The notes beneath the pieces were generated by a model. The model was not told where the DNA came from. It did not search any database and saw only the letters and a list, made by a program, of their open reading frames with translations. Below are positions 26,620 to 41,273 of a DNA stretch of 64,000 nucleotides, in pieces. The position numbers were made by a program, and so were the translations under genes. The stretch's first letter is position 1. Every line of letters starts with the position of its first letter. Source of the stretch: the human T2T-CHM13v2.0 reference genome, Homo sapiens; assembly GCF_009914755.1 (NCBI RefSeq), contig NC_060929.1; one strand, 5' to 3'.

Positions 26620-29180
26620 TTCCCAAGAAAGAAGATATTCTCAGCTACTTTCATCTCTGATGGAACAGTGAAAGAAGTTTGCCATAGAAGGGAGTGACAT
26701 AAAACCAGCCAAAATCAAAAAACTGTAGCAGTTGCCTGTGAGCTTGCAAGATGGATTAAAATCCCAAGGAGTTCCAGACTCAGAGAAGGTCTCCACCTAT
26801 CCACTAACTCTTTCCCAAGGGGTTCACCTAGTGTTGGGGAATAGAATGCTGAAGGCTGCAGTCACGGCAGGAGAATGAAGACAAATCCTGAGGATCTCCA
26901 GGCCTTCTTTGAAAGAAATGTAGCATCTGCTGAAGGCTGAGAATAGGGCAGGAGAGTAAAATCTCTTCCAGGCTCTCAAGGGCCCCATCGAATGCATTAT
27001 CTCAGATCTCCAAAGATAGGCCAGAAATTTCCTGGGATAAAAAGCCAATAATTGCACTAGAAAGCAAAGAGGTTTTCCCAGAAATTAAAAAAGCTGGTAG
27101 TCACAGGCTGTAAAGGTGTCTCCCACATTCAGAAAGCCAGGTGACCTCCTGGCTATAGAGCACAAAGAGATCTTTGGAGTTTTATGAGTGGTCAGATCTC
27201 AAGTCCTGCTGGAGGAAAGGTCCTGATTCCAACATCAAATTATTTGAATCCAGTGGTGAACTGAATAACTAAAGCTTTAATGAAGCCCAGACACAACTAA
27301 TCTATAGATTAGATTGACTCAGCCCCTCATATTGGTGGCATGACAGAAGTAGGATGTGCCTTATTCGGCGGGTAAATATTACTTAGGCTTCACTGTTGGC
27401 TTACACACAATGTTGAGTACACAATACAAAAATTTAAGTCATGCCAAGTGGTAAGAAAATTTGACCCATAGTCAAGAGGAAAACTGGTCAACAGAATCAG
27501 ATGCAGAGACGGTCAAGTATAAAATATATCAGATCAGGACTTTAATAGTGCTGTGATAAACACACCAAAGAGTCTAGTGGAAAAGATTAAAAACAATGTT
27601 TTATTTAGTTTTGGCTATTTTTTTCTATTGTGTCATATAAATAGTTAGCAACATAGGACTGGCTACTTTTGCTTAATGTCATCATTCTGTGATTTATTCA
27701 TGTTGCTGCACACAACTATAATTTGTTTTTTCAGTGATGTATAGAATACCATTGTATGACTATACCATAATTAATTTAACCATTCAATCATCAGCATACA
27801 TTTGGGCTTCTAAATTTTTACTCTTACAAAGACTGTCATGATGCACATCCTTGTGTAAGTCTCCAATGCATACTCAAGTGTTTCTCTATACACTATACCT
27901 ATGAGTGGAATTTTAGCAGATGGTACATTTTTTTCCCCACAGTAGTTGTACAAACGGGGCATGAGTTCCTATGCCTTTATATCCTCACCAACACCAGATG
28001 TCAAACTTTTTTATTTTTGTCAATTGATGGATATAAGTTGGGATCTCATAGTGGTTTTAAGCTTCAGTTCTCTAATTTCTCATGACATTGAGAATCTTTT
28101 CATATACTCATGGTCTATTTGTGTTTTCTCTTCTGAGAGAAACTTAACTTTTTTCTTATGAATTCATAGTAATTATTCATATATTCTGCAAACAAATCAT
28201 CTGTCAGTTATATATGTTGCAAATCTGTTCTATTCCTTCATATATTACTGAATCCACAATACATTGCTATTATTTTACTTTAAATATTTGTTTTTTAAAT
28301 GTTAAAAATGAGAAAATGTCTTGTATATTCACTGTTTCTGACAGTCCTCATTCCTTTATGTAGATCCAAATTTTAATTTAATACCATTTTCTTTCTGTCT
28401 GAAGAACTTCCTTTAACATATCGGACGGTGTATATCTACTGATAATGAATTGCCTGCCGACACTAATTTGTCTGAAAAAAGTCTTTATCTAACCTTCCCT
28501 TTTGAAATTTATTTTCACTGGGTAAAAATTCTATGTTGATAGTTGTTTCCTTCACAAATTTAGTGTTATACCTACATTGTTTACTGGCTTGCATAATTCC
28601 TGACATGAAATCTGTGGTTATTCTTATTTTGTACCTCTATTGGTAATGATTTCTTTTTCCCAGCACTTTAGAAATGTACCAGGATCTTATCGATTCTGTG
28701 GCTTCTCGTGATAAATCTGTGGTCATTTGAATTGTTTTTCCTCTGTATATAAAGTATCATTTAAGAATATTTTTCTATTCCCTCTTCTCCCTTCCTTCTG
28801 GGATTATAATTCCATGTAGATTAGACCTATTGATCCTGTCCTACAGGTCAGTAGACCCTATTATTTTTATTCTCTCCCCACCCTGACAGTCCGTCCTATA
28901 TGGTATTCTGTCTCATGAATTCTAACTTCCTAGGCTTCCTGAAACTCTGAACTCTATCTCCTCAACTCAGTGAAACTTAGACGTTTCGTAAGTCTCCCCT
29001 CTCCCCGGTGGCCTGTAAACTGCCTCCAGGAATAAGTTCACTCCTTTGTGAACTCTGTGATTTCTTTTGACCAATGTCTTGACATCACTGTTTTAGATAT
29101 TTTGTGACATTTTCTAATTGTTTAGGATAAAAAAAGATGTATCTGGTTCTTGTTACTCCACCAGAGCCAGAAGCAAAAGC
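26620..29180. mobile_element. Mosaic of ancient L1M fragments in both orientations
   Basis: Diverged L1 5'/ORF1-like plus-strand piece to ~27600, then reverse L1 3'/ORF2-like sequence (CCATTGTATGACTATACCATAATT, ATCTCATAGTGGTTTTAA). Confidence 0.55.
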
Positions 29181-29998
29181 CTACTATTATCTTCTTACAA
29201 GGAGAACTAAAGCATCAAACTTTTGGGGAGTGAGTAGATGCTAAATGCAGAGAATGATTACAGTTTCTAGTCTTCAGCAGTGCTTGGATGGAACCTGGAG
29301 CTTGATCTTAATCAGCCAGTCAGTCTGTGCCTCCACTTCACCACCACATTCTATGATCAAATCACCCCAAGGGCTCCTTTACTCCAATACCATGCAGCAA
29401 CCACCTCTTCTCAGTTACCTAATATGGTGATATTTTTGCAGGTGCCCCAAAACTACCACCAGGACTACAGAACCAAAAAGGTGGCCAAACTTTCCACAGG
29501 ATATTATTAAAGCTGATCTTGATAGTGGGAGAGCAAGCTGATTGTAATGGAATATATATAATACCTAGACAATGTATAAATCTTGTTCTTATTGGAACTG
29601 TAAAAACTAAACGCTGACAAAACTGACTCCCATATTTTTGACTTCCTTGAGACACATTACCTAAATAAGCAGGTAAAATACATTTTTAAAATAGATACTC
29701 ATGTAGTAAACTTGTGCAAGAGAGGGGTTCTGCAATCTGGCATTGGAGTTTCTTTGACAAGCACACCTGGGAGATGGTGACAATGAGAGTGAAGCCTCAG
29801 GGTGGTTTCCCCATAGCCATGAGAATAGCTTCCCATGTTGAATAATGAAGTACTTTCATATCTGTGTGATCTTCATACTTTCTGCAGGGGCTTACCAAAA
29901 TATCCACCTCTGCTTTCTTCCTACATTTGCACTGTTCCATTCAATGAGTAATTTGGTACCAAAAATAAAAGATACTAACTTATCTATTAAAAATGTTA

Positions 29999-30303
<305 letters not shown>

Positions 30304-30519
30304 TTAAACAAATTAGTAGCAGAGGTTAGCAACTTTTACATAGTAGTTGGTTATTGATAGAGGAATATTTGATCTACGTATTTTGACTTTCAGCTTGAGT
30401 TTTTTCTTTTAACTCAATAAAAGAATTTCATGACAGTAAAATACTTGAGATGTCAGTTTTAGGGCTAGGTTTTCTCTTCAGTATTTTAAATACATATAAA
30501 ATTATTAGTTATGTGTTAA

Positions 30520-30837
<318 letters not shown>

Positions 30838-31743
30838 CAATACAAATGATTTTTATTGAATACAGCTTCTTTGCTTTTCTTATTTGATTTTTCCAGGGTT
30901 AATTTGGTTATCATGAATGTTTAATCTTCCAAATTCATTCGCATAATGATAATCTTGCTTTCTAAGGATATTAGATGAGAATAAGCTTTTGAGCCAAATA
31001 ATAGTTCATTCTTAGAAATAGGAAGTAAAACATTGCCAAGATTAAAACAAGCCCAAACACTGAGGTTCAAGGTCAGTTTGAAACAGAAACCACAAATTTT
31101 GATTGGATCTAACCTTGGCAGCATAAGACTCACATGAATTGTTTTTAGTATTGTATAGCAGAGATATGCATACACAGTCTAACAAAAGGAGACACAGAGA
31201 CCAGTTCAAAGTAGCAGAACATTCAGAAAAGAATTAAAAACTCAGGTCTGTTTTAGTGAACATGGGTCTGGAGCCCCTGAGTCTATGTCCTGTCACTAAC
31301 ACACCTGGAGTAAGTTAACAGAAGGACAAATGCTGTTAGAGAAGTCAACTAAATGTTCTGAGGTGAATGAACGGCACACACACAGATGTGTGACAAGTAC
31401 ACATTCTTCCTGACAGATAGTCTAAGACTAAAAAATGAAAGCTCAAAAGATAGAATTTAAACATGAAAACAAGTCAATTTTGAAATTCTCATTTTCTTAC
31501 TTTACATGATGTAACTAGGCCAAAATCCCCTTCTCTGGGTATCAGAAGTCTAGGAAAGGCAAAAAGATATTTATAACATTCTTATAAGTCACTAAAAAGG
31601 CAGTGTAAATATATGCTAAAACATTTTATTTTTAAAGTGCTACTATAAAATGTTACTATTCTATAGTTGAAAACTGGTTTCTCATTGTCAGTGGATCTCA
31701 TGGAATACCACTATTGAGTTTGCTAGCACTTCACTATGTTTCT

Positions 31744-32058
31744 TTTCTTTTCCTTTTTCTTTTCTTTCTTGTTTTTTGGAGACAGGGTCTCTCTCTGTCA
31801 CTCACATGGAAGTGCAGTTGTGCAATCACTGCTCGCTACAGCGTCCACCTCATGGGCTCAAGCGATCCTCCCACCTCAGCCTCTTCAGTAGCTGAGACCA
31901 CAGATGTGAGCCACCACGCCAGGCTAATTTTTGTAGCTTTTGCAGACAGGTTCCTACTATGTTGCCCAGGCTAGTCTCGAACTCCTGGGCTCAAGCAGTC
32001 CTCCCACTTCGGCCTCCCAAAATACTGGGATTACAAGTGTGAGGCATCATGCCCAGCC
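31744..32058 (-). mobile_element. AluJ
   Basis: GAGACAGGGTCTC, GGGCTCAAGCGATCCTCCCACC. TSD ACTATGTTTCT/ACTGTGTTTCT. Confidence 0.92.
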
Positions 32059-33263
32059 TACTGTGTTTCTAGGAGAGCCTTGCAAATTCAAAAACACAGG
32101 CCATAACATTTTTAAAACTCTTTAAAAGACTCTGAAACATAATACGCATGAAAGAAGTATAAAACATAGACAATAAATTATCATAAAACAAAATACTGTG
32201 GAACTATAACATGGATGAAGAAATAGAATAATGTCAGCAACCCACAAGCCCTTCCCAAGGTTCATGACATATTGAGTTGTTCATGAAAATAGCTCATAAC
32301 GGTTTTGAAGAATAAAAAGAACATTGTAAGTCATATCTTCAAAAATTAGTATTCCATATAAGTAGCATGTACCAGACTTATTGGAACAGTCTTGGTAAAT
32401 TAAAACCTACAATAAGCCAATATTTCTATTTCGTTTGAGTACAACATTTCCAGATACGAGCTAGAGATCATGAATATCGTCAGCATCTGACTCAGCGCAG
32501 CTCTAGCCATGCCTTGCTTCATGATGATATTACATTGCTACGCTCTGAGACCCACCCGGGGGCTTTGCTTTGTGATCTGAAAAGCCTGGCTGAGAAAATA
32601 GGCAAATATTCCCTTCTGGAAGCAAAATTTGTGAACTCATCTCCTCTCCCAAACATTCATTCAGCCTTATCTCACCTTTCTCAGAGGCTGCCTCTGCCTC
32701 CTTACAGGATACATTCTGCCCTGGGTACCAGGCAGACATCATCATGGTCATTATTTAATGCACTATCTGTTTTGTTATTGCCTGTTAGCTTTTTTTTTTT
32801 TCTCCAATTATACTTGGAGGGTTGATTCTAGACAGGTTCTATTTCCGCATTCCCAGCAAGCAGCTTTGTGCCTAGAACTCACTGTGCATATATTACACAT
32901 TTATCAATGAAAGGTTTTAACGTGGATCAGGATGACTCAGGTGACACTGAGTCTGGTCTGCCTGTAGGAAATTGATCCTTGTTCTATCATCATCCAATAC
33001 TACAATCTTAGGCAAGTGATAAGATAAGCCTGGCTCTCAGTATTTTAATCTGCAAAACAGGGATGACCGGTAAGGTGATCTCTAAGAGGACCGTACAGCT
33101 CCCAAATGCTTTAATCCTGCTAGATCCTCAGAATACTTGAGTATGAAATCTTCCAAAATGATGGCACCCAATTTTCACACTAAATGGGAAATCTTGATTG
33201 TCTTCACCACTATTCAAAACTGTGATTTTCAGACAAAAACAATTTTAAAACAAATGTATTTAC

Positions 33264-33431
33264 CTTTCTCAAGACCACCAAAACGCTTAGCAGATTGGTT
33301 TTTGAACGACAGGACAAATCCTGGCCTGTCCTGGAGATGAAACGCCACCTAGTGGATACATTCCTAGGCAGTGCGTTCCCCACCGGAACAAGAGGGCGCT
33401 TTGTTCTCTGTGGCTGATGGCTTCTACTCAT
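33264..33431 (-). CDS. Hypothetical first coding exon of a spliced orphan ORF (MSRSHQ...VLRK)
   Basis: ATG with A at -3, 56 open codons, phase-0 donor AAG|GTAAAT. Confidence 0.2.
33343..33355 (-). promoter_or_regulatory. CTCF binding motif
   Basis: Minus strand reads CCACTAGGTGGCG, matching the CTCF core CCASYAGRKGGCR, in a locally CpG-retaining non-repeat segment. Confidence 0.7.
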
Positions 33432-34529
33432 TTTCTCCTTCCTCCACCTGACACTCCTATCTCAACCTTGTCATTTCTTTGGCTTTCTAAAAATTATAGG
33501 AATACTTATCTTGGTAAGAGAAAATGTGTTTATTTGAACCATGTTTGATTTAATTTTTACCTATTTGCTTTACATTGCCAGCGTAGTTGGCATTTTAAGG
33601 AAAAAAGATAAAAGTCCAGCATACTCAGACTGAGTCTTTTTAGTTTCTTATCAATTTGGTTTGAAAACAATCCTTGAGCATTCGGAGACGCCTTGGCTAG
33701 ACAGACAGAAAAAGGATAGTAGAGTTCACATGTCTCATAAGCAGAAGAGACTATAGCGCCCAAGCTTTTGTCCAGTTCCTCACCAAAGGACCAGTATTTT
33801 ACAATTTTTCTTGTTTTAAAGAGAAACCATTATAGACAACTAATCTAGCGCTTTGGACAAGTAAATTTACTTCAGTGTGAAGTGGAATCTTTGCCTGGAT
33901 AATGTTTTCACTGAGCTTAAGGAAATTTAAGCGACGGCTACTTAAAATGAACAGAAGGACAGGATTATACTAGTTATTTTTTTCTCTACCTAGCAGAAAA
34001 ATATCCATCAGTTCTGCCTGTTGAGTTTCAAAGAAACTTAGAAAAAGGTGGTCTTCGTTAATTGATGAAACATCAAGAGGATTGCTACAAACCTCTAGCC
34101 CAGCTCCTGATGCCTCTAAGGTACTTTATCATTTTTGCAGCAGAAACTTACTCATTTAACCAGAGCTAATGATTCCTTCCAGCAGTCCCATGGCAGCCAG
34201 CTCTTCATATTGTAATTGCATCACTGAGGCTCTGTATGTCTCCAGCCTTTCCTAAAAAACCTTTTTTTTCTTTTCATTAGTTTTTTTTTTTGCTAAGTAC
34301 CTCTAGCCAGCTCAGGGCATTTTAATTTATATTTCCTACAACCATCAACCTAGTGTAAAATTTCTTCACTTCTTTACAGACTTTTGTTTCTCTTTCTCTG
34401 ACATCTCTTACTGTATCTCAAAAAATATGGAAGTTTTCTGAACCTAAAAATAATTCTTTTATTAATCCTAATATATATTCAAATTAAAGTTGTCTCCCCG
34501 GCCCCACCTTCCTTTCTTCTTTCTTTCCA

Positions 34530-34576
<47 letters not shown>
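34530..34576. repeat. (TAAA)n microsatellite
   Basis: About 11-12 TAAA units with no adjacent Alu. Confidence 0.95.
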
Positions 34577-35326
34577 ACTCTTTCAGAAACAGTCCTAAGG
34601 TATTAATACAATCTCCCTGAGTTCCAGAAACACATTTCCCAGTGGCAATTCTGTAGAGCCTCATTCCTAATGAAACCACTCAAAGGATTATGCCAAGATT
34701 TCTAAGTAATAGTCTTGTCCTTCTGCTCACGAACAAGTTTTATAGACTTGCTCTTCTTGCTTGTACCTTCTAGAAGAGGGCATATAGCTCAATTCAAACA
34801 GCCAAAAAGAAAAAAAAACTCAGAGGAAACATGGAGAAATTACAACCCTATAGTTAGCCTTATTTATGCTTCTACCCACTCCCACTGAAGGAATATATAC
34901 TGTCAGTCAAAAGCTGCTCCTGTTCCTCCAATACATTTCATACTCAGAGTTCCTACAGAGATCATAGGCAAACATGAATTTCAAAGTCAATGTGCCAATA
35001 AATAAATGTCTATTCATATGTATTAGTTGTCTTAGGTGTTGAGTAGAAAATGGAAATAAAGATAAGGCACAGTTCTTGGATTCTGAGAGATTACAGTAAA
35101 ATTTGAATGGCAAGATGAACATATAAACATTCATGGGAAACAGATAAGCAGGCATATCATAAGTCAAATTGAATTTTCCTATAGATATAATGGCAGATGT
35201 GTTGCTGACCAGGGACTTGACGCTAAACCTTGTATAGAATTAATCATAAGTACGGTATAAATAGTACACCTGCATTGCATAAATGTTTCTAACAGACATA
35301 TCAAGAAGTCAAATAAAGAATCATGG

Positions 35327-35764
35327 TGTAGTTGGTTGAATGATGCCCACCCCTTCAAAAAAATATGCCCATGTGTTAATGCCCAGAACCTGGGAATATG
35401 CCCTTATTTGGAAAAAAAGTATCTTTGCAGATCTAATTAAGGATCTTAAGATGAGACCATCCTAGATTACCTAGATGGACCTAAATCCTATGATGTATCC
35501 TTATAAGAGACAGAAAAGAAGACAAGACACAGAGAAGGCCATGTGAAAACAGAAGCAGAGATTCAAATTATGCAGCCACAAACCAAGAAGCCCTTGGAGC
35601 CACCTGAAGCTGGAAGAACTTCTCTTAGAGCTTTTGGAAGGGGAGCAGCCCTACAAACACCTTGATTTCAGGCCTCTAGTTCATACCCATGAGAGAATAC
35701 ATTCTGTTGTTTAAACTACCAAGTTTGTAGTAATTTGTTATGGCAGCCACAGGATACTAATACA
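35327..35764 (+). mobile_element. MLT1C-like solo LTR
   Basis: TGTAGTTGGTTGAAT...CCTTATTTGGAAA...TTTGTTATGGCAGCCACAGGATACTAATACA. TSD CATGG. Confidence 0.88.
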
Positions 35765-35769
35765 CATGG

Positions 35770-36161
35770 TATCTTAGTCTGTCCCTGCTGCTGTAACAAA
35801 ATACCACAGACTAAGTAATTAGGTAATTTTGAAAGCAAGAAATGTATTTCTCACAAATCTGGAGGCTGAAAGTCCAAGATCAAGGCTCCTGTAGGTTCAG
35901 TGTTTGATCAGGGCTTGACTCTGCTTCTAAGATGGCACCTTGTTGCTACATCCACTGGTGGGGATGAACAGTGTCTTCACATGATGGAAAGGCAGAAGGG
36001 CCTAACTAGTTCCCTTTAGCCCTTTTATAAGGTTGCTAATACCATTCATGCGGACAGAGCTCTCATGGCCTAATCACCTCCCAAGCACCCTACCTGTTAA
36101 CCTTCAGGCTTAAGTTCCAACAAATAAATTTTAGAGGGACACATACAGTCACACCGTAGTA
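35770..36161 (-). mobile_element. MSTD-like solo LTR
   Basis: TATCTTAGTCTGTCCCTGCTGCTGTAACAAAATACCACAGACT...CTGCTTCTAAGATGGCACCTTG. TSD CATGG. Confidence 0.85.
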
Positions 36162-36252
36162 CATGGTAGCCAATCATATAAAACCCTGTTGATGGTCTTC
36201 TTTCATTTACCATGATTCTTGCCTTACCTTTACTGTAACGAATCAGAAATTA

Positions 36253-36801
<549 letters not shown>

Positions 36802-37200
36802 TTATACGTAACACAATTGAGAAAACAAGACCTCAAATCTTTAAGATATCTAAATCAATTGTTTTGAGCACTTTGATCTGCTACAATGTTACTTCATCAT
36901 TTTGGAATCCTTAAAGCTATGCTTGGATTTGATGACCACAGCCAAAGTCATACATTGTTAAATTTGATCCTGAATGTGCCTAATTAAAAGCATTTGTATT
37001 TTAGTCATAAGACTTATTCTTTATCAAATATCAATTGTTTGAAATCATTCTTTTTCCCTTTAATAGTTGTATTAGGGGAAAATTTGAGATGCAATTCAAA
37101 AATAATGAGATTAATTCCCAAACAATGCGAGGTGCAGAGTAGGCATTCGATAAATAAAGATGTGTTCAATGAATTAATGTATTCATCTAAGAGTTAGACT

Positions 37201-37538
<338 letters not shown>

Positions 37539-37639
37539 TAAGATGTGCATACTTAAAATTTACTTGCTAAAGCTGAAGATCTCTATAGAAAGTCAGAGAT
37601 GGCTGTAAGATAAAGCCCATCTTACTTCCTTATGCAGAA

Positions 37640-37960
37640 GAAACAGCTACAAATCCCTGAAGGGGCTGGAAGAGTGAAGCTAACCTGAAATTAAATAAGA
37701 GAGAGGGTTAGGGCCAGGGTACACTAGAAGGCACGCTCTATCTTAAGAGAGTAGCCACTACTGAGCTGTAGCTAATGGTTGCCATGCAGAAATTTGAGCC
37801 TAATGTTGCCACTTTTCTCATATTTTCAAGAAAAGCCAGAAATATAGACGAGAACATTTGCCATTTTAAAAGTTGGCAATGAGTTCACTGAAAAAGAAAA
37901 CACTCTGTGTTGGCCAAATAAAACACATCTGCTGGCCAGATAGGCCTAGAGCCTTACAGT
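37640..37960. mobile_element. MER102-like hAT element
   Basis: TTTTCAAGAAAAGCCAGAAAT...GTTGGCAA...GGCCAAATAAAACACATCTGCTGGCCAGAT. Confidence 0.6.
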
Positions 37961-39366
37961 CTGGGTCTCTATTTCTTACCATCTTCCACTTCTCTTTACT
38001 TCCCTTGGATATCTTTCTATTTCCTCTTTCTTTCTCTCGTTCCTTTCAATTTCTTGAACCACTAATTGATTTGAAACCAGCATCTGGAAAAGAAGTTGTA
38101 CAGGGCAGGAGGACTGGAGTGCTGGAAGGGTTCTGAATGCCAGAACAATGCTTCCCTGGAACAAGGCAGAAAGCAGCCCTGGGAAGCAAGAAGAAGGGCT
38201 GTGGATATCATAAATGCTGAAGTTTTGTCCATCATTTAATGAGTATATCTAATCACTGGAATGTTACTTAACCCCTTTGGTTCTTAGTTTTTCCATCTAT
38301 AAAATGGGGATAATTGTATCAATATCCATTGTACAGCTATTATAAAACCAAATGAAATAATAGTTTTAAATGAACCTTATCAATATAAAGAGCCATATGA
38401 TTATTAATCAATACCAACATTATTAATAATGAAATAATTATTTACATGCTGATGCTTGTTATTATTGTTTGTAATTCATAAGAAATGTGCCTAACCAGAA
38501 GCCAAATAGTCATAAATTAAACATGCCGTGGTGGATTATACAGACAGTATATTTAGTGTAACTTACGTGATAGAGACTAAAAGTGCTATAAAATTTCATA
38601 GGAAAAGAAGATTAATGACAACTAGAATAATAAGGGGAAGAGTGTTAGAGTGAGACAGAGTTGGAAGGCTACAGAAGATATTAATATTATTGAGTTGTTG
38701 CAGGTGTCAAAACAAATTTCACTTTGGAATTACATTTTCATGAATATATTCTATGTGGAGCACCAAATATATTTAGTTGTTGATTTCTCAACCTTCATTC
38801 ATTCACTCATTCATTTATTTATTCATTCAACTGATGTTTACTGACCACTTATAGGTGCCAGGTATTTTGATAGCTGCTATGTATACACTGTCCATGCCCT
38901 GAAAGAGCTTACTGTCAAGAAATTAAGTTCGGGCGATCCTAGGTTAAACAAAATAAAACATTCTTGGGTAGAATTATTGTATACATATATGTGTGTTCAA
39001 CTGAAAGACTCTCTGGTCTTTTAGTATCCTTGAGTCTGGAAATATAAAGAAAATGGTATGTTATAGTCCTTATAGATTAGTGATTGTACCCATTGCTTAA
39101 ACTTAGAGATGCTGCACCTGAAAAGTTGTCTAGAGGTTGAAGAAAAACTATTGAGCATATCATTTAAAAACAGAAACATGAGACTGCTTAGAAATAAATA
39201 GGTATACATAAAACCACTGTGACTAACTTAATAGAAATCCTTTTAAAATTGTCGAGTCATGTTGTTATTACATACTTTATCAATTGATAGAATGTCTATC
39301 ATGAAGTTGTCCTTGATTTTTTGGATTATTATCAAAAGTTTCTGTAAGATTGCTGGTAACGTGATA

Positions 39367-39726
39367 CACGTTACCAAAGAATTGAAACCCTCCAAATCAC
39401 GTCATCTGATTGTAAGTACAATATAAGTTGTGCCCCGATGTTCGTTAATAGCTGCTGTAACTAGTGTGGCCTACAATAGTGTGATTCATGTAGGACCTCT
39501 GTCCTCAATTCAAAACTCCTAGAAAACGTATACAGATTATGTAAGTAGGGATAAGATTTCTAACATTTCTGGGCTCTAGTTGTGGAAATTAGTGGAATTG
39601 TGGAAATTCCACTAGACTATAGAAAGGGAGTACTATTGTAGTATACAACACTGCTGTTGCCTTATTAGTTATAGCATGATAGGTGCTGAATTGTGATTCA
39701 CAATTTGAAAACACTGTAATCCAAAC
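39367..39726. pseudogene. Possible captured copy of an mRNA 3'UTR segment (source not identified)
   Basis: Non-repeat-like block embedded in degenerate L1-like AT-rich sequence. It resembles from memory a human mRNA 3'UTR, but I cannot name it. No poly-A or TSD. Confidence 0.35.
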
Positions 39727-40077
39727 AATGCAATTACATACATTGCAATAAGAATGTTGTTTTAAAGTTTATATTTAACTGTTTTGCTCTATTTTTTTCT
39801 CACTAAAATAGAACTTTAGGAAATTTGAAAACTATATGAAAAAATATTCATCTCATATAAAGCTGGCATAGGCAGGTCTATATCTTACCAATAACTTAAA
39901 TGTTTGGAATAAGGGATTTGTGTAGAATGAAAGATTATTTAATAATTCATTCATAATTAATTTCAATAAAATTATTATTTTGCTGTCCCCTAAGTCTATA
40001 GTTCATTCATTATTCTATGTAATTACCAACAAACAAGCACCGGTAGGGGCAAAGGAAATCATGCTAAAGTTCAAGGT

Positions 40078-40385
40078 CTTTTTTTTGTTTTTTGTTTTTT
40101 TTTTGAGACAGAGTCTGACTCTGTCATCCAGGCTGGAATGCAGTAGCGCGATCTTGGCTCACTGCAACCTCCACCCCCCTGGGTACAAGCAGTTCTCCTG
40201 TCTCAGCCTCCCGAGTAGCTGGGATTACAGGCACCCGCCACCACGCCTGGCTAATTTTTGTATTTTTAGTAGAGATGGGGTTTCACCGTGTTAGCCAGGA
40301 TGGTCTTGATCTCCTGACCTTGTGATCCGCCTGCCTCGGCCTCCCAAAGTGCTGGGATTACAGGCGTGAGCCACCGCACCCTGTC
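40078..40385 (-). mobile_element. AluSc/Y-like
   Basis: TTCACCGTGTTAGCCAGGATGGTCT. Perfect TSD AGTTCAAGGT. Confidence 0.95.
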
Positions 40386-40596
40386 AGTTCAAGGTAGTTT
40401 TATTTTAATAATGACCACACACTTTAAAGTAAACTATACTTTTTTTCTCTAATTTCAACTTCATAGTTTTTTGGGTTTTCTTAAATTAAAAAAAGTCATG
40501 TCTGCTTATTTTTGGGGGATTAAATCCAGAAGCATTTAAATGATACTTTTTTAGAGTTGAAAAGTCACATAGATATTTTAAAAAGAGACCATGAGG

Positions 40597-41273
40597 CGCC
40601 CCGTCTGGGAGGTGAGGAGCGCCTCTGCCCGGCCGCCCATCGTCTGGGAAGCGAGGAGCACCTCTGCCCGGCCGCCACCCCGTCTGGGAAGTGAGGTGCG
40701 CCTCTGCCTGGCCGCCCTGTCTGGGAAGTGTACCCAACAGCTCCGAAGAGACAGACCATGGAGAACGGGCCATGATGACGATGGCGGTTTTGTCGAAAAG
40801 ACAAGGGGGAAATGTGGGGAAAAGAAAGAGAGATCAGATTGTTACTGTGTCTGTGTAGAAAGAAGTAGACATAGGAGACACCATTTTGTTCTGTACTAAG
40901 AAAAATTCTTTTGCCTTGGGATGCTGTTAATCTATAACCTTACCCCCAACCCTGTGCTCTCTGAAACATGTGCTGTGTCAACTCAGGGTTAAATGGATTA
41001 AGGGCGGTGCAAGATGTGCCTCGTTAAACAGATGCTTGAAGGCAGCATGCTCGTTAAGAGTCATCACCACTCCCTAATCTCAAGTACCCAGGGACACAAA
41101 CACAGCCGAAGGCCGCAGGGACCTCTGCCTAGGAAAACCAGAGACCTTTGTTCACGTGTTTATCTGCTGACTTTCTCTCCACTATTATCCTATGACCCTG
41201 CCACATCCCCCTCTCTGAGAAACACCCAAGAATGATCAATAAATACTAAAAAACAACAACAAAAAAAAACAAA
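40597..41273 (+). mobile_element. 5'-truncated SVA (SVA_A/B-like): VNTR end, SINE-R, poly-A
   Basis: About 4 VNTR units (CCCCGTCTGGGAGGTGAGGAGCGCCTCTGCCCGGCCG), HERV-K-derived SINE-R, AATAAA. Perfect 17-bp TSD AAAAAGAGACCATGAGG (40580-40596 / 41274-41290). Confidence 0.97.

Noticed and set aside
40597-40735. Periodic ~35-40-bp GC-rich repeats, superficially CRISPR-like
   Set aside because: SVA VNTR: no unique spacers, eukaryotic context, no cas genes.
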